Assembly (NCBI GenBank): GCA_002104905.1
Contig: MCFE01000130.1
Location: forward strand, 62,001 to 126,000
Direction of reading: 5' to 3'
Length of the DNA stretch: 64,000 nt
Source of the DNA: Basidiobolus meristosporus CBS 931.73
Lineage: Eukaryota > Fungi > Basidiobolomycota
Shown: positions 33,734 through 46,604 of the stretch, piece after piece
Numbering within the stretch: position 1 is the stretch's first letter
Layout: the number at the start of each line of letters is the position of its first letter
The notes under the pieces: generated by a model
Seen by the model: only the letters and a program-made list of their open reading frames with translations
Databases searched by the model: none
Told to the model about the DNA's origin: nothing
Translations under genes and position numbers: made by a program

Positions 33734-34125
33734 GTATTTTAGTGTTTACCTGCTGAAAATCAGATGAATTCAAAGTTTGAGATTTTTCATAGGGATATTT
33801 TGGGGGGGGAATACTGACAGAATTTGTTGAGGAAAAAATAAGGTTCATAGACTAAAATAATGATATTACACAGGTTCAGAAACGAAATTTATAACATTTA
33901 CGACCAAAAATTCTCGGAAAACTCTAGGCTAACCACTTGAAAGGATAGTATTGACGGGTATGAACCAGTTTGGTATTTAGGAGCATATGACGTAATATGG
34001 GCAAGGTATCAGAATTTGATTTTTCAGTCTCACATGATTCGGGATCCTAGAAATTTTTACTTTCAATATGAAAATGCTTTCAGCGCGAAGTTGGTCCAAA
34101 AATTTCATACTAAGAAACCGACATT

Positions 34126-34434
34126 ATGACCTCTGGAACGAAAGTAGCGGATATTATCCATAGAACCGCTGTGCTCTGCTTGGCTGGATTCACTGGTACA
34201 CTTCCCGTCATAGCCTGTTCAGCATTTCAGCTAGCTAATATTTCTTAACCCTTAAGTTTACGGAATTATCGGCAATGGTGTGATGTTGAATAGAAACATT
34301 GAGCGTAAGCGCGAGAGAGCTGCGCAACAAAACGTAAGTTGACCCTTATGGGAATGGCCTTCTTCTCCTACCAAGCTGCCTACTAATGGGCAAATGCTCT
34401 ACCTTAGCAACAGGGCTCCAGCGATTCTAGCTAA
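34126..34434 (+). CDS. COX14: Cytochrome c oxidase assembly protein COX14-like (3 exons, absent from the ORF track)
   Basis: Splicing two GT-AG introns gives MTSGTKVADIIHRTAVLCLAGFTVYGIIGNGVMLNRNIERKRERAAQQNQQGSSDSS*. The ADxxHR + single TM helix + TVYG + basic tail pattern fits the metazoan/fungal COX14 (C12orf62) family. Confidence 0.7.
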
Positions 34435-35502
34435 ATCTACTCGGTCGAGACTATCCGCTGGGAAGCGACGGGAGAATATTGACCAACATTAAGCATTCAC
34501 TTACCCATACTCCACACAGTATGGTTTACCAATGTTCGGTCCCATTTCTACACTGCTTTTCCAGGGCTATTACAAAGCCCAAACCATCATTAAAAAAGAT
34601 GTTTTCAATCAATAAGATATATCGGTGCCCAGCAAGCTTGGAACTTGTTTGGCATAAATAGTGGCTATTCATTTAGTGTTCACTACCAAAGCTCGGGCTG
34701 TGAGGTATGGGTGGAGACCAATAGTAACGAAGTAACCTAGTTGAGTTCCTGAACCTTGATTAATATTCCCTGGGAATAATGCTGACTACATCGCACTGTT
34801 GGTGCCGATAAACCAGGCAGGAATACACCTACTCAACCTCCCAAGCCGCTCTACATAGTTTAGACCACACAGCCAGACGCCCGTACCAATACGTAACCTC
34901 TCGGAAACATCTCATGGGGATGTATTTGAAAATCCCCCTGCCATGCAACCACTTTGTCCTATGATATCTAACAGCTACGGGCCAGATTCATGCATCGACG
35001 TGGGACTTTATCGTGTGTCATGTATCGGCACTGTGGGACTTTCTTTTCTTGGATATGCTGGTGATTTACTACTATCTGATGAACAGCCTATTGAGGCTAT
35101 CGACCACTCTAAATGATCAGCAACCTGCCATGAACCCTACGCTTGTGCTAGCGCCATCAAGCGAACATTCCGGTCAGACCAGCAATGCTCTGCTGAGAAT
35201 CAAGTTGTTGCTGAGGCCAGAAATTTGCACCACGCTCACAACGTCACCTCGACTTACAAACATTCTTGCGACTGTGGGTAATATATTGAGTAAGACGTGG
35301 GAATTTTCGGTTCTCCAATACTGGTCAAATGATACATCTGAAATTTTTACTGTAACTTGAATTTGGCAACCAATTGATTATCATGATATCTACATCCCAC
35401 TGCTCAAGCATCCTTTTGAGCCTACTCTTCGAACCGTGTAATCAACCCCTCCTTTGGCTGTCACTATAGCTAACGACCACATCAACCTCTAGTTCTTGAA
35501 AA

Positions 35503-37469
35503 ATGCAAGCAGTTCTGAGAAATACTCGACCAGCTTTTCTCTCCAAGGCCTTCAGAAGGTATTGTTTTATCTCGCTGGTGCCACTGCTTTACCCGCTAAG
35601 TTGGTTCTAGTCTTTCCAAAGGCCCGTTATACACTACACAGAGCCGGTTCTTCGCTGAGGTAAGGAGGTGCCAAGTAAGCCCGCCCCATTCAGTGTCTTT
35701 GCTAAACCATGTTGGCAACCCATTAGCTAGCTAGAGGCTCCCACGCCGTTCAGTCAAACGAGAAGAAACTTCAGGTTGAATGGGCTGATGGCCAAACCAG
35801 CAACTTGTAATTCCCCTTTTGTTCATCTCTTCCCAACTCCTCGCACTAAGCCGAGATATCTTTCCACAAGCCACCTCTTCTGGCTGCGTGACCACTGCCG
35901 TTGTCCTGCTTGCTTCCACGCAGTAACCAAGCAACGTCTCGTGGACACTTACCTGGTAAAAGAAAGAGAGAATCTATTTGCACATGGGGATTATCTAACT
36001 GGGTGACGCTAGATTCCTCAAGAGATCGCTGCCAAAAACATCAATCTGCAAGATAACAAGGTTCAGATTCAATGTACGAATACACCCTGTATATAAACGT
36101 GGGGTGATTGCCAAGTGATCTAACGCACTGCCTATCTCCATTTCCAGGGTCACATCAGGACCATGTGAGTGAATACAGTCTTGAGTGGCTTAGGAATCAT
36201 TCATACGATCCTAAGCTCAACGTCGAGGCCTCCTCTCGCAAGTAGTACACTTTCTTGATATTCACATTGCCACCCCATCGATTAAACAATGCATGTTTAT
36301 CTGTCGCATTAGGAAAGTCGTCTGGGATCGCAGTATTGCCTCGAATCCACCCATCGTCCAGTACAATGAAGTACTCTTCCTTGCTTTAGTTCGTTTTGAT
36401 CCCAAAAGATGACGCCTCCCATTTTCAGGTAATGAGCTCTAAAGAGGGTCTCCGACAATGGCTGAATAATATTGTAAGTCAATCATTACGAATACACATA
36501 GGCACATTGGATTTCATGGCGTGTACAATAACAGCAGCTGAATTAGGATATCTACGGGTTCTCTTTCGTCGACAACGTACCCAAAAGCAAGGAGGTAACA
36601 TGAAGGGAGGGGGCGCGAGTTGCGTGGGCATCGGTTAACTTCATGCATTGACTCTTGACAGCTTACTGAGGAGCTTGCCCGGAAGATTTGTTTCGTTCGT
36701 GAGACCCATTACGGTAAATACACAATTGAGTCCTTTCTGTATCCCAACTGTAGACCATTCGCTAACCCCGGTTGTCGGCAACAGGTGGATTTTGGGACTT
36801 TACTGCCAACCTTGCCCACGGAGATACTGCGTACACCACTTTACCTTTGAATTGCCACACCGATAATACTTACTTTACCGATCCTTCAGGGTGAGTTTCA
36901 ATAGTAATGTTGCTTAGGCTGGTTCCCCGTAGTGTTGGTACTAACTATGAGACAGTCTTCAAATGTTCCACCTCCTTGAATTTGATGGCAAGGGTGGCGA
37001 ATCCATATTTGTGGACGGACTGTCCGTAGCCCAGAAACTTCGTGAGCAGCAACCTGATTCCTACGAGACGCTTTCCAAGATCCGAGTGGTCACGCATAGT
37101 GCTGGGGATGAAGAAGTCTTTATCAACCCTACACCAAGAGGATATCCCATCCTAAACCACGACCCCATGACTGGAGAGCTCTATCAGATCCGCTTCAACA
37201 ACGATGATCGCTCCACACTTGACTACTTGACCACAGAGGAGGTTGAGAAGTTCTACAAGGCTCTGAGAGACTGGAACGACATACTCAGGCAACCTCAGAG
37301 TGAATATCAAATCCAGCTTGAGCCAGGCAGGGTAGTAGTGTTCAACAACTGGCGAGTGTTGCATGGTAGAACCTCATTCGTTGGCCATAGACGGCTGATT
37401 GGGTGCTATCTCAATTGGGATGATTACAATAGCAAATTGAAGGTTTTGAATGACGAAAAGCGAGTCTAA
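35503..37469 (+). CDS. TMLHE: Trimethyllysine dioxygenase (carnitine biosynthesis), mitochondrial, multi-exon
   Basis: Arg-rich presequence MQAVLRNTRPAFLSKAFR, N-domain LQVEWADG..WLRDHCRCPAC..TKQR, FVRETHYG, HTDNTYFTDPSGLQMFH (HxD), GGESIFVDG, FNNWRVLHGR. The HTDxTYF motif favours TMLH over BBOX. Confidence 0.85.
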
Positions 37470-38244
37470 ATGTATTCAATGTGACCGAATAGGCTTGCAA
37501 CCCCATCATTAAACAATTCAAAACCGATGCAACCCAGGTCCCCTGCAGAGCTTTGTTTTGAACTTTATGTTTGGTTCTTGTTTCCATCTGATTAGATATG
37601 GTGGTCTTTGGTTGTTGCCAGCACAAGCGACAACGTGGAACAGTCCGCATGGCAGATAACGTGTATGGTGGTGTGAGCCTTGAATTGAATTCAGCGCGGA
37701 TAATTCAAACCAACTGCGACAACTGAGCATTCGCCCAAAACGGATCAGCCAAACACCGGCGTAAATAGCGGTATTTTACGTATTCAGTTGAGCTACCCTT
37801 CATTTGATAAGATCGGTGAAGCAGGAATCTCTTGGGGGATCAAAACACGTGTACGTAAGTTCGCTGACGATGAAGGCTTATTAACCAAATTCACTCAAAC
37901 ATCACTTAATTATACTCCGTTAATAAATAAATCTCCTATATTACCCGGTTCTAGAAAGCCCTACTTAGCTTAGGGCTCAGAGGTGAAAGTATCTCGCATT
38001 TTCTGATTAAATTACTAAGATTCTCTGACCCTCAAAGTCAAAAGAACAGTGCTACCTCTACCGAAGGGTTGGAATTTCAGCCAACTTTACCTTGTCTCTT
38101 CTACTAAACAGTCTTTCACCTGCCACTCCAGTACTTCCTACCTAACCAACCTCAGATCTATTGTAACCATACGAAGTGCGAATACAAGCTTGGGCCGAAA
38201 AGCTTCCACCTTTCTTACCCTCAACATTCAATCTTGCTAAAATA

Positions 38245-41200
38245 ATGCCCCTAAAGAACTCTGCTACTGTTTCCGTCAGTCATCCCTTGGACTTTGGTGT
38301 CGAGGTAAATCCGGAGAAGCCTACCGAGCCCGAGAAGGATTCCGTAGACAGCACACATTCAACTGATCCACCCTCACCAACTGCCTTAACGAAGCCAGAT
38401 ATTACTATAACAGCTGACAATAAACAGACGGTGCCCGAAAGTACCGCTGAAGCGGAAGCAGAAACGACATCCATCAAAACCACCGACTCTAACCGTAGTT
38501 TGCTAAACCTGGTTGAAAAGGCACAGAATTTTACCATAACCACAAACAGTGTGCCCATTTCGAAGATCTTCCTTGAGACTCCCCTATCTAGCTTATTGAG
38601 CTCTCAATCGGTTGGCCAGGCCATATTAGAAACTCTAACCGACAACCCTTCCGAGTATGAAGACATAATTGAACGCCTCGTTAACAAGAAGGTGAGTTCC
38701 CCGGCATTCTTGCCTATTGGGATTAGGATATCTACCCCGAGGGGAAACCTGGTTACTAACTTCCAACGAATTCTATATTCGATTGTTTTCCAACAGGCTG
38801 TAATATTACTTCCCGAGTTACCTTCAATGAATTGGAGCGGTGCCAGCAATCTAAACCGCAGAATCATCGAGGATCATGTAATCGTGGTGCAAAAATGGCA
38901 ACGCGATAGTCCAATTACCACACTCAGCGGGTTGAAAGGATATGTACAGAAAGAGAAAGGGTTTCTGTTGGACCTGAATCTTCCAGATGTTGAAGAAGAG
39001 TTGTCTTCGGATAGCAGTGATACGCGACGGTAAGCAGCGTCTGTTCACCGCGGATTGGTGCTTGACTTAACCTCTCTGGCAATCAGATCGATCTTTGGGA
39101 TTTTCAGCAAGCCTAAGAGAATGAACAAGTGTATCAATGTCCAAGTGCGTTACGCAAACATGTACGTTCCTTGGAATGACACATTCGTGGTGGTGTCGGT
39201 TATCGAGAATCCGATATCCCCAGAGTTCCAACACATCCTCCCTGACCCCCCAGCGGCTCACCCGGAAGATGAGAAGCCGATGGTATGGGACATTCTCACG
39301 AAAGAAATCAATAGGTAAGGAAGACGCCTCCTGCACGCGAAAGAGCAGTCGGTGATTAACGCGATGTACTGGCAGGTTTATTCAGAAAATGCAGCTGAGA
39401 AGCAACATGTCCGTGCAGGAGTCGGTGGAGTCCTTCAGACGGTTTATCGAACGAACCAGTAATACAATCGAAAATGACAACTTCTCCGAGGAAGATGCCG
39501 ACTTGATGCTGGAGTGGGTTGAGCGTCTGTTGGCGTTGGAGCTATATCATATGTAAGGCCCAGCTTGAATGACCATTTTGAATCTAGATAGCAGCTGACA
39601 TGATAGATGTGATCTAGCCTATTCTCTCCAGTATCGGCTGATGATCAGCTCAAAGATCAAATGCTATCTTCTCGTATCGCTGCCCTCAACATTGCTGATC
39701 TGAAGCTAGATCACCTTGGCGTGTATGCCCAGGGGGAAGAGTATGAGCATCTAATGATGATGGTGGAAGAGACCGGCATCGGTAAACAGAGAATTCCTCC
39801 ACGTCGTGGCGTTCAGCACTAACCGAATGAATTGACTTTGCCGTGGCCAGAACTACAGAAAATCGACAACATCAAGGCGCCAGCCGACAAGATACAGATT
39901 CTGGTGAATTGCCACCGCATCATTGTAAGTCCCAGATCCTCTCATTCTCCTCGCTACGCATCTACTAACCTTATGCGTATATCATTTAGTCGGCCTCGTT
40001 AGATAAATACAATAAAGCTAGAGCATCAGAAGGAGAGAACCCGGTACCCTCCAGTGCAGATACCATCCTTCCATTGCTTATTTATACTGTGGTCAAATCA
40101 AACCCGCCTAATTATGTATCCAACCTCAGGTAACACCCAAACCTTGGAGCTGTCTTTGAACCAGGCTCTAACTCTCTCCCTAGATTCATCCAACGCTACC
40201 GCAACCCACTTAAAGCTACCCAGGAATATTCATACTGTCTGACTAACATGGTTTGTAGCCATTACCTTCTGATGCATCTTTACTAGACATACTCGGACCT
40301 AACTTTCAGGCTGGGACTTATACTAGATGGCAGTGATATCTTTTCTGGAGAACGTGGATATGGTATCCTTGGGGCTAGCATCGGAGGTGGAATCAAGGCA
40401 AGTACTTTGGCATAGCTGAATATGCTGAATGTTGGGGTTTTCATGACCCTTGCTAACTGTGTGATTCCCCTTTTCTAGTGATAACTATCGAGTACTTTCA
40501 TTGCCGCGCAACTTTGGCCCGTTGATGGTGGAGAAATCAGAAGCGGTAAGAGGCTTGGAGGAACGCAGGAACTCCATCACTGGTATCAAAGACGGGGTTG
40601 AACATAGCATGAAGGCGCTTTCGGATGTTGCTTCCAATACCGGGGTGGTGGTCGGTGATGGTGTTCGGGCGATAACTGGGGTAGCTACCAGCGCAGTTAC
40701 CGGGGCGGTGGTGGGCGGCAGCACAAGAGCACTCTCTGGAATGGTGAACCTGTAAACAACTCTGCATGTAGTGATGAACAGCATGAGATGGTGTAGCTGA
40801 TACTCGATTGGCGTTATTACAGGATGGGTAGATTCTTGTACAAGGAGTCGGCCCAGAAGTCCGCGTTCTCCGTTACCTCCAGCCAGCCTCTGGATGAGTC
40901 CATCGCAGCAGAAATGGCGTCAAGGTTCTTTTGTGCTACTCACTCTTGACCCAACCGATTTCCTCAACCTTTCTGATTTTAGATTGGAACCCGTTAATCT
41001 TGAGCGAACAGCCACCGGTACAAACTCGACCAACTCTAAGGTACATTGGCTCAATTTCCACCGGAAAGTCGGGGTTTTCTCAAGTTGGTTTCTTGCAACT
41101 CGTGTAGATTTCCTCGGTGGTAAATGTTGTAGAGCCACCTATCAAGAAGTTTATGGAATGCTCAGCTGACGAGCTACGAATCGGCGAAATCCAAGGTACA

Positions 41201-41339
41201 CGAGAATCCTCCCTATGGAGCCGTTCGCATGTTTCTCTATTAACCACAATTTGCATCCCACTGCCATAATGTAGAGCTACTTGAGGATTACAAGCGAATG
41301 GGTGCGCTGATTAACGAGCTGATCGACCTGCAAAAATAG
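38245..41339 (+). CDS. VPS9-domain Rab5/Vps21 GEF (Muk1-like), multi-exon
   Basis: ELQKIDNIKAPADKIQILVNCHRII, SADTILPLLIYTVVKSNP..YVSNLRFIQRYR, YCLTN..AVISFLENVD, and C-terminal PPIKKFMECSADELRIGEIQELLEDYKRM..QK*. Start codon uncertain. Confidence 0.8.
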
Positions 41340-41467
41340 AAGAGACACAGACCCCAGCAAATTTCCTAATCCTTGAGCAACATTTTTCCGACGGACCGCG
41401 CAATGGCGAACATGTTCGGGGACTTCATCGCATCTCCCACGTCGAGGAATTCTCTTCATACTTATCC

Positions 41468-41516
41468 ACTCTCACTCACTCGCACTCACACTCACACTCA
41501 CATTCTCACCCTCACC
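41468..41516. repeat. Degenerate (CTCACA)n microsatellite
   Basis: actctcactcactcgcactcacactcacactcacattctcaccctcacc read directly. Confidence 0.7.
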
Positions 41517-42008
41517 CCCACCCTTCTCGAACAAGTAGGATTTCTTTAGCACCATCTCAACTGACTACGCTGCATCCATTAAAGTAACTGGAAGTAAACC
41601 TTTCCTATTTTTAATGTGGCCACTGCTATGGAATCCCCTACTAGGGAATCGCTGTAACATAGCTTAAACCTATTCGTCCAATAAAGATACGTCTAGGCTT
41701 ATCTACTTCAGTCCACAATGCCCATTATCGCCAAGGACAGCTGTGTTTTGTGTGTGGCCGGAATCAGCTGGCTCGACAGAATAAGGGTAACGAGCGGGGC
41801 TTGAATATGGTTTCAGTGGCTTTATTTGATCTAAGTGATCGTCACATGGGAAGTTGATCATGAATGTAAGACTGTCTACGAATTGCTGGTGAGTCGTGTC
41901 TGGTTCTGATGGAGCCTTGGATGGAATGCTTGGAGCAATGGGGGGGATTCTGAAGGGGTGTACATTATTACAAAAATCACGAAATGGAAACAAGGGGATG
42001 CTGACGGT

Positions 42009-42848
42009 TCATGGGCAGTTCCAACGAAGGTCCAATCCATCTAGCCACACGATCAGACCCACCAGCCTTCTATTAATACAGTTATCGGTGAGCAGCAAAT
42101 TTTTGTATTCGGAGTCGTCCATGTGTTTCAGTGAGTCCATTCCAGAGAGGGAATGAAGTCTGTTGCGAGTGGCCTCGCTCACAAGGGAGAGGTACATGGA
42201 GTACACGCTGAAGGTCAGCAGAATCGCAATCACGATGTCCACTGTATAGTGCATTCTTGTGGCTACAATGGTGAATATCCCAACGGTGCAATGGAATATG
42301 GAATACAGCTTCACCCAGGCGTTCTTTCCATAAACCTGCCACATCAACATGGAGGAGACCAGAATCATCGTATGTCCAGAGAAGATGTTATCTGAGCAAG
42401 TCTTCTGCACCCCAAACATCAGCAGACAACCATTCCACAGGAACTCCCTGAAGCTCTGGCTGACTATAGGCTCACACCCTCTTGGACAAGGGAGAGTGGT
42501 CACTATGATGGTTATCGAGCGGAGCAGGTACAGCGTGCCTGTCAGCCAGCAAAACCGCCTTAGAATCACAATACCATCCGACCAGGTTTTGGTAGAGAGG
42601 AGAATGGAAAGTAAGGTGAATGTGGCAAGCGATACCACAAATGCATCTGGTATCCATTCGTGACGCAACGACGGCGTCGTAGAGAAACCCAGATCCACCA
42701 GTGGCTCTTTCGTGGTGGACCCTATCCAGCGTTGGTCAGACAATTGTTGTATTAGCAGCATGTGATAAATAACGACCGACATATAAAGAAAGGAATATCC
42801 GAATCGGGTGAACTCTTCACGGTAAGATCGTACTACCTGTACGTTCAT
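42009..42848 (-). CDS. Sphingomyelin-synthase-like PAP2 phosphotransferase (SMS/IPCS type)
   Basis: LRSITIIVTTLPCP, TCSDNIFSGHT and HYTVDIVIA motifs with six hydrophobic segments. The N-terminus may extend through upstream exons to ~43140. Confidence 0.85.
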   Translation of the reverse strand: MNVQVVRSYREEFTRFGYSFLYMSVVIYHMLLIQQLSDQRWIGSTTKEPLVDLGFSTTPSLRHEWIPDAFVVSLATFTLLSILLSTKTWSDGIVILRRFCWLTGTLYLLRSITIIVTTLPCPRGCEPIVSQSFREFLWNGCLLMFGVQKTCSDNIFSGHTMILVSSMLMWQVYGKNAWVKLYSIFHCTVGIFTIVATRMHYTVDIVIAILLTFSVYSMYLSLVSEATRNRLHSLSGMDSLKHMDDSEYKNLLLTDNCINRRLVGLIVWLDGLDLRWNCP

Positions 42849-45242
42849 CGCGATATCTATAGAGAGGCTACTGCGCTATGCTACTGGCAAAAGTTTGTAC
42901 GCAAGGAAGTCGACCAGATGACTTTATCACCTTTGTCGATAGTTGCTGTGGTAATTTCTGACCTGTATTATGTACCAATGCCGGCGTGACCGCGGAGAGA
43001 AAAGCTTAGGTTAGAGTCACTGGTGGTGACAAGCAGTAGAGACCAAGGAATAGAGATCAGGGCGAAGGTAAAGGGTAAGCAATGTCTACTGGAAAAGAGA
43101 TGGACGGGACAGTTAAGAAGGGGATGGGTGAGCATGAGGATCCATTTTATTGCTCCAGTAGCGTACATCCGATGAACCGCTGGTCATGCTTTCATGGTGC
43201 TCTAACGGAATGTAGTCCTGCATTTGGATACACGAATTAATGGACCAAGGCACTCAGAGCCTGACTTTTGGCAATTGTGAATTCCGAAACAGCTCAACAA
43301 TGAAATGATCCGGTCTCCACATCTGAGGCAGCCATTCATTGTCTTCGGTTGGGTCTACGGAATAGTGGGCAACATTCTTGGTTTTCCCTTAATTGTGAAT
43401 GTTAGAGGCTCCTAACCTGAAAAGGAACATAGCAAGGGGGCTGTTGAAGCATTGTGGATCATTAGCTCAGAAGAGCGACTCCCTTACTTATTTAAGAAAC
43501 GCCCGGTGTCTTACCACCTATTGATCAACACAATCTGCTGTTGTATGGATCATCGGGTGTAGGGTTGGGCCAAGCACAAGAGCGCCGGTCTCAAGTGTAG
43601 TTTTACTCTGATGAATGCGGCTGCATCGAACCGACCCTGTGGGATACCCTCCGAAAGAAGCCATTAGACTTGTGGCCATGGTAAAACAGCTGTCGATGAG
43701 GGAGTATAACGTAAACCCAAGTACAAAGCTCAACCTCTGGGACCAGCGCGCAAAATCAGCTGGGAGCTTGTACTCTGCATTACAATACACTCAGATGACC
43801 TAATAATTCTATTGTTCCCTGCTGATCGTAAAAAGCATTATGAGCTCAATATCTGTATGGTTGCTGGTTGCATCGGATGTATCCCTCGTCCAAATGCTTA
43901 GGATTGTATGCTATACGAGCGCATCTCGGGCCAATCAGCGCACGCGTTCCGTGATCAGGCTTCCGAAAAACGATAGGGCAGGGTTTATAGTATGTCTCTC
44001 TGTGACTGGCTGGATACATGCAGGAAATTAACACCCGTATCATTGATGCGCAAAGTATCCCAATTGGAATCAGCGATGCATGCCAGTAGTGTGCAAACCT
44101 TTTTTACTCACAGACCTTGGATCTACATAGCATGATACTGATTTCTTCCAAGTTGAAAATGCTATGGATTCACCTGCTAGCCCATCACGGTGAATACAGA
44201 TAGTCTGTAGATACTGTCATCTCAGATCCTATCACAACTTACAGCCTCCAGAAGTATAATTAGGGATGCAAACCACACGAACACCTGTGCTGATCCATTG
44301 TGTACCCTTCGCAAAGCCTATGCCGAACCTCCTGAGAGGCAGCCTACAGATCTGCTTGATATACAAGCTGCTCGGTAGAGGATTTGACGAGCGGAGGCTC
44401 ATGGCATTTCTAGTGACTAGAGTAGTCGTAAACCAAAGAAACCAGGCTACGAACCATGAGAGCGTACGCCAATACTGCATTTCTACAGGTTTCTAGAAGT
44501 CGCCGCGAACCACCAGGCTCTGGCACACTGCCAGGAAATGTTATTGATAGGCCGAGGCTCTATGCAAAATGATCGATTTCCAAGGATCATCGGCTTTGAT
44601 GGGTCTGGGTAGACTCCACGTACAATCTAGGCTTGCCGAGGTTTAGGGTTTTCATCAATGTTTTTCATGTTACAAGCCGGTGTTAATACTACATATCCAA
44701 GCCATTCATGGTGCCCCGTAATCAGTTTGGCGGGATCCATCAAGAGGTGGTGCTGAGATCTCGTAGTATTCAGGGTACGGGTTTGTTTAAGATCAGTGCT
44801 GGATGTACGCGATGCCCGGGAAATGCAGATGAATCAACAAAGGCAAAAAGGAAGATTGGGATAATTCAAGGTCGCGAATTACCAGGATGCCAATGATAAC
44901 CACTTGTCAAGGGTAATGCACGGGAAGGTAACGAATGTCACAGAGTTGAAATGATTTCCCCGATCCTATATGGCGGGGCAGCCTTTCTCCAATTCTCCTC
45001 AGCCTATATAACCAGGTGGCTGATACCTGTCAGATGCAAAATTTCTCAGCTTTCTCGATTCACATCTGGATTCTATAGCAGAAGGGCAAGGCTCTGCAAA
45101 TTAGAGTGACTTTTCCCATAACCCATTGAAGTAAATTGAGTAGAGCGTACTCCTCGTTTCTGCTCAATCAATGTAAGCAGATAATCCTTCCTTCACGGGG
45201 CAATGTGCCATTTGCCTAATACAGCATTCCCAGTTTCTAGAC

Positions 45243-46604
45243 ATGAAAATCTCCCATGCCCTCAAGTGCGTGGTTTGGTTAAAACTTCAAGGTGTGGCGA
45301 CGGCCGTCTGTCACATTCCTTCGACCAAGCATTACGTTATACCAAAAACATCGGTTCCGCCTGTAATCGATGGGAGTTTGAATGATGATGTTTGGGAGAA
45401 CGCGCCTTGGACGGATGAATTCACTGGCCTGCTAGACTCATTCTCTGGACTGGTGCCATCTTTAAATATGCGAACTAGAGCAAAGGTTAGAATCCACGAG
45501 TGTATTGTATAGCCTGGCCTCACTAATCGGGATTTCTGCTGTATGCCAGATGCTTTGGGATGACCAGAATATTTACGTTGGTGCACAAATGACAGATCCG
45601 ATATTGTTTGCCAATGTCAGCAATCCCCTGGACTTAGGTAAGCATCCGTAGGTTTATGCGTCTCGTATGGGATGGGCCTTTGAACTAAAGAGAAATAAGC
45701 AGAGCTCTACGATAATACCTTTGAAATATTCATTGATTTCGACCGAACCAACCACCACTACAAACGAATTCAGATGAATCCCTTGGGTAACCATCGTACC
45801 CTCGAATACCCTAGACCTCCAGATGATGGAGGTTTGCCCAGTGGCTGGGATGCCTCATCCAAAATTACATATGGTGTGTTCAACAGCACCCCCATCAACG
45901 TTATCCATGATGCCTTATCTCTGATCGACTCTGTCACGGAGACAAACAGCCAGTGGTCGGTCGAATGGGCCATTCCTATCAGTTTATTACGTAAGGCTAG
46001 GAAAAGGAGTGATACTGCCAACAGTGCCATGCCTTCGTTCGCAAACTTTCAGTTTATGAGGTAAGTGAAGATATCAATGCAGTAGACCATATGCTAACAA
46101 GAGTGGTAAATTTAACCCTTTGACAGAGCCGGCTGGCCACCGGCGTCCATTCCACACCCGCAAGAAGACCCCGGAGGGCTCAATAAGCGAGAGCTACTTT
46201 CATTACTGGAGCCCATTAATGAAGGGCCATTTCAACATGTGTGGTCTGTACTACATGATAATACCACCAACACTGTGGACAATCCCGAATACTGGGGCAC
46301 CATAGAGTTTTCTGACTCTGTGAAAGTGGACCCAGACCATCGGCTCAAGTCCGATCCACAGAAGACAGCTCGCCACGTCTTGATGGAAGTATACCACGCA
46401 CAAAAGGCCTATTTTACCTCACACGGGCATTACACTGCCAGCCTGAGAGAATTACGCTCAAAGAGACACCGACTCTTTGGGTGTGGAAAAATTCCCCGAA
46501 TCACTCTGTCTAATGATAGATTGCGGTATACCGCTAGTGTGAGGTCTGGAGAAAAGATCGGGAAAGTCCGAGAAGACAGGCTCCTATGGTTTACGATGAG
46601 ATAA
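45243..46604 (+). CDS. Carbohydrate-binding family 9-like (CBM9-like) protein, probably secreted, 3 introns
   Basis: PPVIDGSLNDDVWENAPWTDEF, RTRAK|MLWDDQNIYVGAQM, DNTFEIFID, IQMNPLG, WSVEWAIP, NPEYWGTIEFS, tail VYHAQKAYFTSHGHYTASLREL. The spliced model stays in frame. Confidence 0.75.

Noticed and set aside
38176-38244. Upstream extension of the VPS9 ORF and other track ORFs starting at GTG/TTG
   Set aside because: The track uses bacterial alternative start codons, which are not expected in this intron-rich eukaryotic locus.
43500-44900. A plus-strand frame that reads protein-like across ~310 codons
   Set aside because: About 15 stops, equal to random expectation (~1 per 21 codons); no motif recognised, so no pseudogene call.
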